A stretch of 63,741 bases of DNA, counting the filler, from Octopus bimaculoides (lineage: Eukaryota), in assembly GCF_001194135.2 (NCBI RefSeq). It is 7 parts of 7 records of this genome, joined end to end, with 100 filler letters (N's around TTAATTAATTAA, not from the genome) between each part and the next. Parts side by side here need not be neighbours in the genome. Positions count along the whole stretch, not along the records: positions 1 to 25,155 come from NC_068987.1; 6 more parts are not named here. One strand, written 5' to 3'. This document shows positions 1 to 12,205 of the stretch, one piece after another (positions within the stretch are counted from its first letter, which is position 1; each line of letters begins with the position of its first letter). The notes under the pieces were generated by a model, which was not told the origin of the DNA, made no database searches, and saw only the letters and a program-made list of their open reading frames with translations. The position numbers and the translations under genes were made by a program.

Positions 1-160
1 TATGGGAGAATGTACGAAAAAACAACAACAGACGAGGACAGGTGGTGTAAATAACAAAAGGATGTATTAGTATGACGCTCGGGAATACGGAAAGTCTTTA
101 ACGTTTTGAGCTACGCTCTTCAACAGAAAGAATACGGAGACAAGGAGAAAAACACGGAGA
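1..160 (-). repeat. Dispersed short repeat carrying a minimal type I hammerhead-ribozyme-like motif (copy 1)
   Basis: Near-identical to 56390-56510. The minus strand of 95-131 reads TCTTT-CTGTTGA-A-GAGC-GTA-GCTC-AAAAC-GTT-AAAGA. Confidence 0.6.
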
Positions 161-168
161 AAAAAAAA

Positions 169-214
<46 letters not shown>

Positions 215-447
215 ATATTTATACACACTCACACACATACATGTATATATCCTTTTGCAGATGACTTGTCTCTTATCCTCGCTGCATTATTGTATAACGT
301 ATTGTGATTATTCTTCTAATGTACTTAATCAAGTATATAATTTAATACATATTTAATATCTGGTGATGAATTAAGTAGAAGAATGGCATAACAGTATTTA
401 ATTTCGACACTTAAATGTTTCTAAATTAAAATACTTCCATGATCACC

Positions 448-555
448 TTAGACTTTGTTACATTCTAAAGTCGATAAAGTAAGACAATCTATCAAGCTAT
501 CAATGGATTTGATCGTTTCAATGTGCTTCTGTGGAAAGGTGTTGATATAAGTAAT
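448..555 (+). pseudogene. Possible decayed cadherin-repeat C-terminal half
   Basis: One frame reads LDFVTF*SR*SKTIYQAINGFDRFNVLLWKGVDISN, resembling LD(F/Y)E...AxDG...VxDxNDN. It has two stops and is a motif-level match only. Confidence 0.3.
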
Positions 556-1128
556 TGATATTGTTTTCAATTACATACCTGCAGTGTTCTATATAAACTA
601 TCTTTAAAACTATTCCAATAACCTAATTCGAGGTAAGTAAGAACATTATCCTCCTTTTCAAATAAATTACAGTACGTATATTAGCCATATCCATTTGAAA
701 ATAAATAACGCTTTTTTCTTCAATTAAATATATTTAGAAAATAGATTTATAATCTTATTTTATTCACATATTTAACGGTTTAATAGTTGTATAAGCTCAA
801 TATTTTAATAATTTAGAAATATATTGATTAAATATCATAGATCTTAAGACTTTTATATATTTTGTGAACTATACGATACTACAGAAAAGTGCTAAAATAT
901 AGAAGATCACCAAACTACATTATAATATTAATTTTCTGTCCATCTGTTATTTTACAGTCGTTGCTGTTTATTTTTGGTCAGTACTGATCGAACAGACCTA
1001 AGATGAACCATGTTTAAAAATTTTTTTTAGATATATTGTTTCTCGGTATACACTGCTCAGTATGCCATTCCTGGTGGGATATGATATAGACGGGATCTTT
1101 ACTTCTAGTTGTTCGAGCGACTACACAT

Positions 1129-1515
1129 GTTGTTGTTGGCACTCCGTCGCTTACGCCGTCGAGGGTTCCAGTTGATCCGATCAACGGAACAGCCTGCTCG
1201 TGAAATTAACGGGCAAGTGGCTGTGCACTCCACAGATACGTGTACCCTTAACGTAATTCTCGGGGGATATTCAGCGTGACACAGAGTGACAAGGCTGACC
1301 CTTTGAATTACAGGCACAACAGAAACACGAAGTAAGAGTGAGAGAAAGTTGTGGTGAAAGAGTACAGCAGGGTTCGCCACCGTCCCCTACCGGAGCCTCG
1401 TGGAGCTTTAGGTGTTTTCGCTCAATAAACACTCACAACGCCCGGTCTGGGAATCGAAACCGCGATCCTATGACCGCGAGTCCGCTGCTCTGACCACTGG
1501 GCCATTGCGCCTCCA
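1129..1515 (-). mobile_element. tRNA-derived SINE (family C), full length with target-site duplication
   Basis: Minus-strand head has A-box TGGCCCAGTGG and B-box GGTTTCGATTCCC, and a (CAA)n tail. Flanks CGAGCGACTACACAT (1114-1128) and CAAGCGACTACATAT (1516-1530) form a 15-bp TSD with 2 mismatches. A second copy is at 46462-46830. Confidence 0.9.
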
Positions 1516-1818
1516 CAAGCGACTACATATTACCTCGGCTTATCTACAATGCGTTCATGCTTTTTCAAACATCTGATGAAGCTTTTTTCTTTTTATTATC
1601 CTGAGTGTTAAGAAAATGACTAGTAGACATGTATTACGATCTATCCCATGTCCATCAATTATATGCCCATATATCCTTACTGATATAACATATAGATGGT
1701 AAAAATTGTTCTGAAAATTAGCTCTCAAATATACGATTAAATGGAATTACAAATCTTCTTTTAAGTAATGGAAATAATGAATATAAAGAAATTCTCAGAC
1801 AAATTTTCAATCTTATCC

Positions 1819-2880
1819 TTGGAGATAAATTTCTTTGAAGTTGGAATTTTGGCAAATATCATCGGTGTTATGGGATGAAAGCTTGACACCACCCATGAAT
1901 CCTCTTCCTAAATAACTTACTCTATTCAAGTAGAGCATTCTGGGGGTATTTTTACTATTTCGATCAAACGGTACTTTTTTTAGGTTGTATACAAACGCGG
2001 TAGTTTCGTTTGTCAGATGTATCTTATATTCAATCCCTCGAGATCGACTGCTATTTATAGCAAGCATAAATCAGAGCTTGACTCTGTGAACAACTGAAAA
2101 AGCGAATAGAAACAGCTAGATGTGTATTAACAGTTAGGTAAATATACACATATTTTCTTTAAATAAGTAGTCCAACATTTATCATCGATATAGTTTCTTT
2201 TACATTTAATCATTGATCATAACCTACGATTAATTTTCAGTTTATTTTTTGAGCACTTTTTATGAATAAATGCCTCTATTAGACCAGTTAAGAATTTCCT
2301 CGTGTAGTTCATGTGTGTATCTAGTGACCACATAAGATGTTATTTAACTGATACGGCTTCTTTTCAACTGGAATTTCTATAGTTAAATAAATCTTTTCAC
2401 CACAAACTAAATAAAATGCTATAAAACGAATTTAAAACGTAACATTTAAAATATATTTGCCTGTAATATCATTAGTAATGTCAGTTAAGAAACGTGATAC
2501 ATCTTCCTTTCAATGGATTCATGTTCTCGTAAAAAGAATATCTCAGTGTTTACTCTCTAAGATATAATAGCAGTTGAAGGAGGAACTGGAGAGGTATTGA
2601 CAGCTATCATTGCTAGGATGTGGCAAATCGAATCTAAAAAAAAGCCAATATTTGGTAACGTGATTGAGTTAATGATAATAATATATGAATGATTCATTAA
2701 TGGTAACTGAAAGAAGACAGAAAAACAAAATTGAAAGCATGCACCGTACGATAAAATATCCTATTTGAAGCTATTTCCAAAAAATTACAAAATATCGCTG
2801 GAATCACCACAAAACCCTATATAAAATCGCAATTTGAAAAGATTTCAGGAACACCTCTAATTGGTTTAAAAACCAATGTT
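1819..2880 (+). pseudogene. Decayed protocadherin-like ectodomain relic (EC1-EC3-like motifs)
   Basis: Motifs in order: GILANII...ITYSIQ...IFTISIKR then RLYT (after a 1-nt slip in a T run at ~1981); LER...IIA(R)DGG...VNDN (2585-2679, frameshifted); YKIAI*KD/SGTPL (2820-2860). Many stops and frameshifts, and spacing is imperfect. Confidence 0.4.
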
Positions 2881-3208
2881 TTGCTCCGTGGTGACATTCT
2901 CGTTTAACCAACGTGGCACAGAAGTCGTGTCAAATAGTAGTTCAGCAGTAGATCAGTTAGGTCATTGTCTTAACATAGACATTTTACAAAGTTAGATACT
3001 TGAAATACTTTAAATATAGTTATTGCTCATCTTTCACCTCAAACACTGAATCCTAAAAGAAAGAAAGAAAAAAGGCCCTTGTATGTCGAGTTAAGTGAAG
3101 CAAACGTACGAATACAACAGAAATAACATAAATGAAGATTACTCTGTTTTAAAATCATTAAATATCGACGAAAACGTTCGAAGACGCATGCCAAGTCTGT
3201 CAGCCCAA

Positions 3209-3268
<60 letters not shown>

Positions 3269-3277
3269 GTCTATATA

Positions 3278-4175
3278 TAGGGTGCGATGGATAAATTGTT
3301 ACCATTTTATATTTTCAATTTCGCAATTTCGCGCATGCGATTTGTTTGTTTTTGCGTTTGTCGACCACCCAGTATAGTAGGATCAGTTGGGCACCATCTG
3401 TGAGAAAAACAGCACCATGTCGCAATTCACTCTGCCAGAAATTTGGAAGTGACATACTGTATTGCTTGGCATTCGCACCAGAAGCTCCAATACGAACATT
3501 TCAGAGTGTTTGGGTGTCAATCTGAGGACAGTGCAATCTGAGGACACATCCCGAGCGTAATAAAAATCAAACATCCAGTCAACATCATAATGTTTGGAGT
3601 AATCACTAGTGATGGCAACGTTATGCCTCCATTCATCTTCCCACACGGCCTCAGACTCAACACGGAGGCCTACATCAAGTATTTGGAGGAGGTAGTACTG
3701 CCTTGGGTCAAGAGGGTTTCTGCTAGAAGACTCCTATATTTGCCAACGGGACCCTGTACCATGCCACACATGCAGGAGAACCCAGTCATGGCTGTCAGAG
3801 CATTTCTGCGACCACATCACCCCTAACATATGGCCACCTAACTCCCTAGACTGCAACCCCCTTGATTATCATGTGTGGTGCGCAGTTGAGGGAGAGACCA
3901 ACAAAACTCCTTGTAACACCAAAGATGAACTGAAGGCAAGGATTATGGCAGCATTCACCAACTTAAATAAAGAGACCGTCCAGAATAGTTGCAGGAGATT
4001 CCAAAGTCGTCTGGAGGTTGTGGTTGAAGCCAATGGCCATTTTATTGAATAAATTTACTCTTTAGTATTTTAAGATATCATTATGTAATTTTGGTAAATA
4101 TATCTATTAAAATAAGATGTTAGTGTTATTTTTATTTTTGTGTAATTTAGACGACAGTTTATTCCCCGCATCCTG
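3278..4175 (+). mobile_element. Tc1/mariner superfamily DD37D (maT) element, internally deleted
   Basis: Degenerate TIRs (TAGGGTGCGATGGATAAATTG; reverse complement of right end CAGGATGCGGGGAATAAACTG) flanked by TA. Transposase remnant 3417-4052 reads QRD-37 aa-D (..WPPNSLDCNPLDYHVW). The segment holding the first catalytic D appears deleted. Confidence 0.85.
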
Positions 4176-4519
4176 TATGTGTGTGTGATTTTGAAGCAGA
4201 GGAAAAGTCCCTGAAAAAGCAAATTTCAGAACACCCATTGGAAACAATTTGTAAAAACGCATGACTAAAATTCGGAACTTTTATCAGTTGATTGTGGAGA
4301 TAAAATAACTCAGATCATTACAAGGAACGATGATAAAAACTGAATGAAAACATGAAGACACTAGAATTATTGCTCCCCGCCCCCAACCAAAAATCCTAGA
4401 TCGGTACATAGGACTAGGACGAGAAAGCATGAGGTAAGGTGAGTTTGAAGGTGCTAAGGTGCGGTTCGTGGAAATCTTATAGGACCACTCCGACAAAAAC
4501 GTACCTCAGAGACCCCCCT

Positions 4520-4810
4520 CTGGTACTTATTTTATCCACCCCGAAAGGCTGAAAGGCAAGGAAGACCTCCGCGAAATTTGATCTCAGAACGTAAGGAGGG
4601 GCGAAATGCTTAGCGGCATTTCGTCCGGCGTTCTTGCGATTTTTCCTGTTCGCCACCTCTTATAAGATAGCAATAATATTAGTTAGTATTCCGCCGAGGT
4701 CGACTTTGTCTTTCGGCGTCGATAAATTAAGTACCAGTTGCGTACTGGGATAGATCTCATCGACTGGCCCCCTTCCCTAAAATTCGACCTTTGTGCCTAA
4801 AGTAGAAAAA
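4520..4810. mobile_element. Two partial family-B SINEs in opposite orientation
   Basis: 4520-4660 is a minus-strand match and 4690-4810 a plus-strand match to the recurring TTCCGCCGAGGTCGACTTTG...GATAAATTAAGTACCAGTTG core. Confidence 0.75.
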
Positions 4811-5134
4811 AAACAACAATAATATTAGGTAAAAAACATTAAATGCGAGTCTAGTAATCTGTTGAACCACTTCATATTTATTCATCAACCTGGGAAATGA
4901 AATTTTACCGAGCGCCGCTTGATGAGAGGGGCAAGCTTAAATACATCTAGTTCATTATTCTACCTTTTCAGCCGGAGATGATGAGTTTTAGGGAGACCCC
5001 TTTTTGGCAGTGAAGGAGTTCTAGAGGGATGCATTTTCGGATGTCAAACAATATGGGGAAACAAATATAAAGACACACACACATGCACACACATACACGC
5101 ACACATACGCATATACACATATACATACATAATA

Positions 5135-5305
5135 TACGACGGGCTTCTACATAGTTTCCTCAATTACATTCACTCAAAAGGCATTGATCGGCTCAAATCT
5201 ATAGTAGAAGAAATATGATCTAGATGCCATGCAGTGGAACTGAACTAGAATCCATTTGGATGCAAAGGGAGTCTCTTAAACACACAACCATGTATGCGCC
5301 TATAG
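5135..5305 (-). mobile_element. Family-A SINE 5' half
   Basis: Reverse complement of the recurring head TGGCTGTGTGGT...GGTTCAGT CCCACTGC...GAAGCCCGTCGTAT, ending in a CA/TA microsatellite. Confidence 0.75.
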
Positions 5306-5888
5306 TTAGAAAACATGAGAAAATGGACGGTACAATAGAGATTTAAGAAATACAAATTTGTGCGTCGTGTAGAGAAAATACTTTGTATGTTTTGGGCTAA
5401 GCCATTCGTTGGAGGAAATGAAAATAAGTCTATTGGAATGGTGTATATAAAGCTGAAGAGTGTGCAAAAGATGTTGGGAGTAATGAGAAGGGGCAAAATG
5501 GAAATAGAATATTTAAGATGACAAACCAGAGTATGTAACCAGGAGAAAGTGTGAGAAAGTAAAATAGAAAAAAATAAAACAATCAGTCATCATCATCATC
5601 ATCATCATCATTATTGAGTCTATTAGAATGAGATGGTATAGAAGAGAGGCCAGGTTGTGGTGGTTGATTGTAAGGAAATACTTCTGCTTTCGCACAATCA
5701 GTAAACACTGGAGTTTTGTTTTAAAACATTAAAGATTGATATATATACCCTGTAGATCTTGACTAATAAAACAATGATCTGCAAAAGCAAATAACTGGTT
5801 GAATTAACTGAAAGAACATACACATGCATAAGGATACAGACATGTATGAAGACATTTTTTCGCTATCATTTATAGACAGATTTCATTT

Positions 5889-5941
5889 GTCGAGGATATA
5901 TAAATGACCGTTTCGTTCCTTTGTCCATTCCTTTAGAAGAG
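5889..5941 (+). pseudogene. Possible cadherin inter-repeat linker relic
   Basis: Reads VEDI(+2 nt)NDRFVPLSIPLEE, resembling xEDINDxxPxF...xIxE. Short match. Confidence 0.3.
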
Positions 5942-6584
5942 CCTTCTGAATGTATTTTCACTATCTTTCTAAAACAGTTATTATTTCTCATTGCTTATAA
6001 AGTGACTAATTTGTGCTTATGTTTGTTCTTGGTTGATTTATATACCAATCGCTCCGGATGTCGGAAATTGCTGTATATATATTGTGTAACTAAACGAACG
6101 ACTGTCTTTTGTGAAACAGCAGCTGACGAGGTAAATCGTCGCTGATACATTTAGATGAACCACCCGGTAATTTCTAAATATTCGTAGTTTGGCATATTTA
6201 AGGTTCATTTCTCCCCTTTTTACTCTTTTACTTCTTTACTCGTTTTAGCCACGCGGCTGAGGTCATGCTGGAGCACCTGATAACGAATTGTGGCGCTGAC
6301 TATATCTTGAGTTATTGTGCACCTACAATGATTAAATATCTCGCTTAGGTGAAACAAAAATTGTTCTGAATAGATTCAGGTGTGCTCTATTATCTGTTTA
6401 GCTTATGGTATATATTTAGATATCCTCACCTTATATAATGTTGCAGTAGATCACTCTAAGGGTAATCTTCACTATCTTTCTAAATGAGTTATTATTTCTG
6501 GTCGATTTATAAAGTGAATATATTATTTTTGCCCGTTCCTAAGCAATTTATGCAGCACTATTCATGATACAAACAATATATATG

Positions 6585-6725
6585 CATGACTGTGCGGTAA
6601 GAAGCTTGCTTCCCAACCACAATGTTCCGGGTTCAGTCCCACAGCGTGGCACCTTGGGTAAGTGTCTTCTACTATAGCTTCAGGCCGGTCGAAGCCTTGT
6701 AGACGGAAGCTGAAAGAAGCCCATC
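6585..6725 (+). mobile_element. Family-A SINE 5' half
   Basis: GACTGTGCGGTAAGAAGCTTGCTTCCCAACCAC...GGTTCAGTCCCACAGCGTGGCACC...GAAGCCC then (TA)n. Confidence 0.85.
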
Positions 6726-6738
6726 GCATATATATATA

Positions 6739-6989
6739 CAGTCATGGCCAAAAGTTTGGGACATATTTTCAAAAATTGGAATTTTTGTGCCCAGGTGCAG
6801 TTCGATTCAAATATATGCAACGTAGAGATGTACTTACCTAATACCTGATCCAATTGTTCAATATCTTCTAATTGAACCAGTGGATCAGTTATTTGGTGAG
6901 TGTGTCTCCGCGTTGTATGTAATTGTGCTTGGGCATGGCAATTTTAATATTTGAAAAAAAAAAATGTTCCAAATTTTTGTCCACTACTA
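6739..6989. mobile_element. Tc1-type MITE (~250 bp) inserted in the (TA)n of a SINE
   Basis: Left end CAGTCATGGCCAAAAGTTTGGGAC; reverse complement of right end TAGTAGTGGACAAAAATTTGGAAC. TA on both sides and no ORF. Confidence 0.7.
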
Positions 6990-7161
6990 TACATACATAC
7001 GTACATAAATAGATACATACATATATGCACGCACATAGAGACACATACATTCACAAGCCTACAGAAACTGCAACAGTTTGCGTGCATATGTCTACGAATG
7101 TATGTGTATGCGTAATAGTATAGTAGTAGTAGTAGTAGCTGCAGCAGCAGCAACAGAAGCT

Positions 7162-7228
<67 letters not shown>

Positions 7229-7680
7229 ACGGACGTCCGTTAACCCAAACCAGCAGAATACCACTTTATCTAAGCAAGATATTTAATCACAAAATCTCAA
7301 CCGTTAATAGGTCCCATGACATTTAGGCGAGATGCGTTTTCTTCCTCTGATGTAGCCGTTACAAAGGTAAAAACGGCAAAGTGGCATAGAGATAGGTAAA
7401 TAGATAGATGATCGATAGAGCCGAGAAGCGAACACACGCAAATACATTCATACATCCAAATACACACACATACATACACGTTTACATACATATCATATTA
7501 AAGCATACATACATATATACACACATGCATACATACATACGCATACACACATACATATATATATATATACATACATACATACATACATACATATACACAT
7601 ACATACATGTTCAGTGATATGTTTTCATATCTATGAGTTTAGGAAACAAAATTTAAAATTCGCAAGATAACTTTTTGAGT

Positions 7681-7701
7681 TTACTACTGCTACTACCACT
7701 G

Positions 7702-7740
<39 letters not shown>

Positions 7741-7803
7741 GTAGTAGTAGTAGTAGTGGCAGCAGCAGCATTAGTAGTGGTAGTAGTAGTAGTAGTAGTA
7801 GTC
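7681..7803. repeat. Self-complementary compound microsatellite (CTA)n(GTA)n
   Basis: An imperfect (CTA)n tract of ~60 bp abuts an imperfect (TAG)n tract of ~60 bp at 7740/7741. Confidence 0.9.
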
Positions 7804-8829
7804 TATGTTAGTATTTTGCTGACTCAGTCGATAGCTATGTTTAAATCTTTAGAAAAGAATCTTTCCCCACAATGAATGTTTGCCGTGTTTAACCAACTGT
7901 ATCTTGCCGTCACGTCACCAGGCAAGGCTTGCATCAACCATAGCAACACGTTCAATACTTATTGGCGCCAGCCAGCTTCCAGTTTCCTGGTGATGACTGT
8001 TTTTAAAAGATTTAACATCTCACAAGAGTGTTTCTACAACAAACTGTGCTCGACAATACAATCTTGTTGCTGAATATATTTTTCATTCCTTTCGTTACTT
8101 CTTTTTATCGATTCAAGTCATTAAACCAGGTGTTCACTCCATTCAAAATGAACGAAAATTACGTTTTTTTTTGTTGTTGTTAACAAAGTATCATACAAAA
8201 TATATTTGAACTCCAAGTTACAAGTGTTATCGAATGATATATTACACAATCAACAAAGTCGTCGCTGTATCATTGAATAAAAGATGAACAACAACTAAAC
8301 GTATAATGAAAGCAAGTATTCTGTGCTATTGTGTATAATGGCCATATGAATTTAATAATAATGATGATGAAAATGATGATGATGATAATAATGATGATAA
8401 TAAAAATAATCCTTTCTACTATAGGTAAAAACCTGAAATTTGAGGGGAGGGGGATAGTCGATTACATCGACCTCAGTGCGTAACTGATACTTATGATTTT
8501 TCGCGAGGCCATCTACGTGTTTGTGCTTGAAAGTCGGAGAGAAGGAACTAGATCGGAAATTTTCTTGGGTCCTGGATTTTGGTTCTGCTGTTGTTAGTGT
8601 CTCTGTTGCTGGTCTTGTTGTCGCTGCTGGTGTTGATACTGCTTCCGTTGTTGTTGTAAGTGTTGGTGCCACTGTTCTAGTTCTTATTCTGTTACTGCTA
8701 TACGCTGTTGTTGTTGAGGCTCTGGCTTTGGCAGAAGTGGATGCCTTCTGCCCTCTGTTTTTCATTTTGAAATAGAAAGCGATTAAATAGTTTTCAGCAC
8801 CACCCAAAGCTCATCTTGACCTTCTACCC

Positions 8830-9450
8830 TCAACCGCAACGTGAAGCTCCACTCTACTGGGTAGGTGGATAAAGTCTCAGACATTTTCTACATGACCCAG
8901 TTTGATCTAGAGGTGGATTTACATTCTGGTTCCAACCCCAAACGCCCTCCTTATTTTACATAAAGTGTGTCACTGCTCTCTAAGATAACATGCAAACAGC
9001 CAACAGATGTCCAGCACTGGTGGAATTTGCTTAATCCTCAAGCAATAAATCCTTCTTCCTAAACATGTTGGGTAAAGGAAGTGTTCCTTTTCGCGTACGG
9101 AACTATAGAATGCTTTAGTGCAAGGGCTTCGCATTTGGAGGGGACTTCCATGCTGACGAACTACCTTTCCCTGGTTACACGTTCTAAATCTGCTCATATT
9201 CCTTTGCAAGCTCTTGCAGCCTGGGTGTGTGTGTTGCTGCTTTCATGACACACAGTGATAAATCTATCTGAGGTTGAAAATAGGGTTCTTTTATACACTT
9301 TTCACAAGTTGTGACGTCTGCATTAGGTGTGCTTCTTTGTCGTTTCAGAAGAACGAGAAGTACATTGTTCACATTGCTGCTTTCTAGGACACAAGATTAC
9401 CTACTAATGGAGTCGCCTGCACCAATTTGTCCTCATCATTTGTTGTTAAT
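8830..9450 (-). mobile_element. Degenerate LINE ORF1-like fragment (probably Tx1/L1 clade)
   Basis: Minus frame reads FLYPTCLGRRIYCLRIKQIPPVLDICWL...VELHVAVEGR, resembling the LYPTYLGRR..IPP..VVVEGR pattern I recall from mollusc L1/Tx1 ORF1. Contains stops. Confidence 0.4.
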
Positions 9451-10159
9451 GGTGGTTTCTGGCGCTATTGCTGCTACTGCTATCACTGTTGCCGCTACTC
9501 TTGTTGCTATTGTTGTTTTTATTGTTATTGTTGTTGCTGCTGCTGATTTATATATATATATATAACTGTGTGTGAATCACTCTTAATATTTCCGAGTAGA
9601 ATTATGCTTTGCTGAAGCATGTCCCTTCACTTATTGGCTTAAAGCCCATTACTACACCATTTACTGAAATACCGCCTCCAAATTTTCAATGTGGTTATGC
9701 TGACAAGTAATTTTAGCAATTTGGGAAATTGAAAATACCAAAGAGATGTGGTCTGTATAATATAAACAAATACGAGAGTTTCTCACGTATGGAATACAAT
9801 GTGAAAAAAAAAAAACAATTTTTATTAATTGAAATTCTTACCGCAATTAAAAGACAGTGATTTTATTAAAGACGTCTCGCTTACTGTATTTAAGAGTATA
9901 AACATCCATCTGTTTATCTATACGTGCATGTGTGTGTGTGTGTGTGCACGCATAACAGTATGTTTGGTAGAACAAGTTACCCTGGATTTGAAAGAGAACT
10001 CAACGCAAGTTTATAAAAAAGAGTAATGTTCATCATTATAGGTTTGCATTTTCCAATCATAAGCACTAAGTGTTAATACCATCTTATTCCAGTTATGAAA
10101 ACACTTTTATTCATAGGTAATATATGTATTTCTAAAATTAAATCAGACATTCGAGACGG

Positions 10160-10370
10160 CGAGGGTGGGAGAGTTGTTAGCAAATCGAAGAATAATGCTT
10201 AGCTGTATTTCTTCAGGCTCTTTACGTTCTAGGTTCATATACTGCCAAGGTTGACATATCCTTTAGAGGTCGATGAAAAAAAGTACCTGCTGAGCACTGG
10301 GGTCGATATAATTGGCGAGCAGTTTCCCTAAATTCTCAGGCCCTGTGTCTATCGGTGAATGTAGAAAGGA
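10160..10370 (+). mobile_element. Family-B SINE, diverged
   Basis: GGCGAGGGTGGGAGAGTTGTTAGC...TTCTAGGTTCATATACTGCCAAGGTTGAC...GGGGTCGATATAATT matches the other family-B copies. Confidence 0.7.
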
Positions 10371-11159
10371 AAATTAAATCAGGAACCCAATATCGCATAA
10401 TGTAATTATAATTTAAAACTTATATTATTTTTTCTAAAGAAAGTGCGAAAGATTGATTTCTTTCTAAAAAAAAAGAAAGTAAAAAAGATTAAAGAAATCA
10501 ATCTATATTTCACTAATGTACTTATTCCTAATATTAGGCCTGGTACCAAAGCAGATACCAATTTTTAAAAAAATGTGTTGTCTTAATAGCTCATTAATCT
10601 TGTGACTAAATTCTTGTTCTACCCCCTCCCCGCCAACTCCCTTTCTTCTATAACGCAATTTCTCTATAGCTTTCATACAGCTTTTCTTGTAGTCATTCTA
10701 TGTATGACTACAAAACCAGGGAGATAAATTATCTGACACATTCTTGCAGAAAACCGTTAAAAGTAATCTAAATGCAACTACTTTATCATCCACTATTATG
10801 TTTAAATACTTCTAATTTCATTCTTAATTTCATTTTATTTTAATCTATACGATATTATATTCATAACTCCTACATCCAACTTCCCACGTTACTTCACTAA
10901 ATCCTTTCTTCTTAGAAAGTAAAACTATGTATTTTATAATATATTGATTTTCCTTATTATATTTTCTCCCTCAAAAATTGAATATTCTATAGAATATCGA
11001 GGTTTCTTATCATATTCTTTCACACCATAATTTCAATAATTATTTGTACACTGAAAATGACATACATAAAAAAAAAATCGCTGAGTAACAAATCATTATT
11101 ATATAAAATGTTTAAGATATATGTGTAATTCGCACAATTTAGAATTTAAGTACCTTATT

Positions 11160-11230
<71 letters not shown>

Positions 11231-11619
11231 CTTTATCCCNNNNNNNNNNNNNNNNNNNNNNNNNNNNNNNNNNNNNNNNNNNNNNNNNNNNNNNNNNNNN
11301 NNNNNNNNNNNNNNNNNNNNNNNNNNNNNNNNNNNNNNNNNNNNNNNNNNNNNNNNNNNNNNNNNNNNNNNNNNNNNNNNNNNNNNNNNNNNNNNNNNNN
11401 NNNNNNNNNNNNNNNNNNNNNNNNNNNNNNNNNNNNNNNNNNNNNNNNNNNNNNNNNNNNNNNNNNNNNNNNNNNNNNNNNNNNNNNNNNNNNNNNNNNN
11501 NNNNNNNNNNNNNNNNNNNNNNNNNNNNNNNNNNNNNNNNNNNNNNNNNNNNNNNNNNNNNNNNNNNNNNNNNNNNNNNNNNNNNNNNNNNNNNNNNNNN
11601 NNNNNNNNNNNNNNNNNNN

Positions 11620-11680
<61 letters not shown>

Positions 11681-12028
11681 ATATGATATATGATATATTT
11701 GAGAAAGTCTTGTATGTCCATCTTCAACCATTCTTCCTTTTGTACATAGTTATTGCCTAATTTGCCACTACCACCAAACTACTACCCCCTATTTAAAGCT
11801 TTGTATTTCTAATCATTCTCCCTCTCACTTCTTTCTAACGCTCTCTATCGCTATCTGCTCCTATACCTCTTTCTGTCTTCTATTTCTCGCTATTTTTTCT
11901 TTTTCCTTTTATTCCTTGTCTCATCCTCTCTCCTCTGTTTGTCACATACTTTCTCTATGATTCATTTTCCTTCTTTTTTTTCATCCAGAATCAATAACAT
12001 AATGACAGTTTTTTCAAATAACTTCATT

Positions 12029-12205
12029 AATGGAGAACTGCTGTTGGTTGTTATATAACAACTAGATTTTAGTTAGGCAGGAAGACCAAATGTTGTGGAT
12101 CCATGTTCAAACTGCAGTCACAATAAGATTTCTTTTCTTATATTTTCCGTTTACAAAAAACTAACTGCAAATTATGTTTCGATTAATAACGCCACAGAAA
12201 AAATG
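12029..12205 (+). pseudogene. Decayed protocadherin-like relic (EC2/EC3-like)
   Basis: One frame reads NGELLLVVI*QLDFS*...HNKISFLIFSVYKKLTANYVSINNATEKM, resembling LxVxxxLDxE and NGKISYxFS...AxxYFxINxxTGEI. An internal deletion must be assumed. Confidence 0.35.

Noticed and set aside
250-700. Possible Penelope RT thumb on the minus strand (EDNVLTYLELG..FKDSLYR)
   Set aside because: Too weak, and it competes with a + strand cadherin-like reading of the same bases.
1430-1515. tRNA-like sequence with A and B boxes (also at 16936, 22190, 46760)
   Set aside because: These are SINE heads continuing into SINE bodies with TSDs; there is no acceptor-stem closure, so they are not tRNA genes.
6110-6150. 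CTGACGAG...GTC resembling a hammerhead core
   Set aside because: GAAA is missing and stem I does not pair in register.
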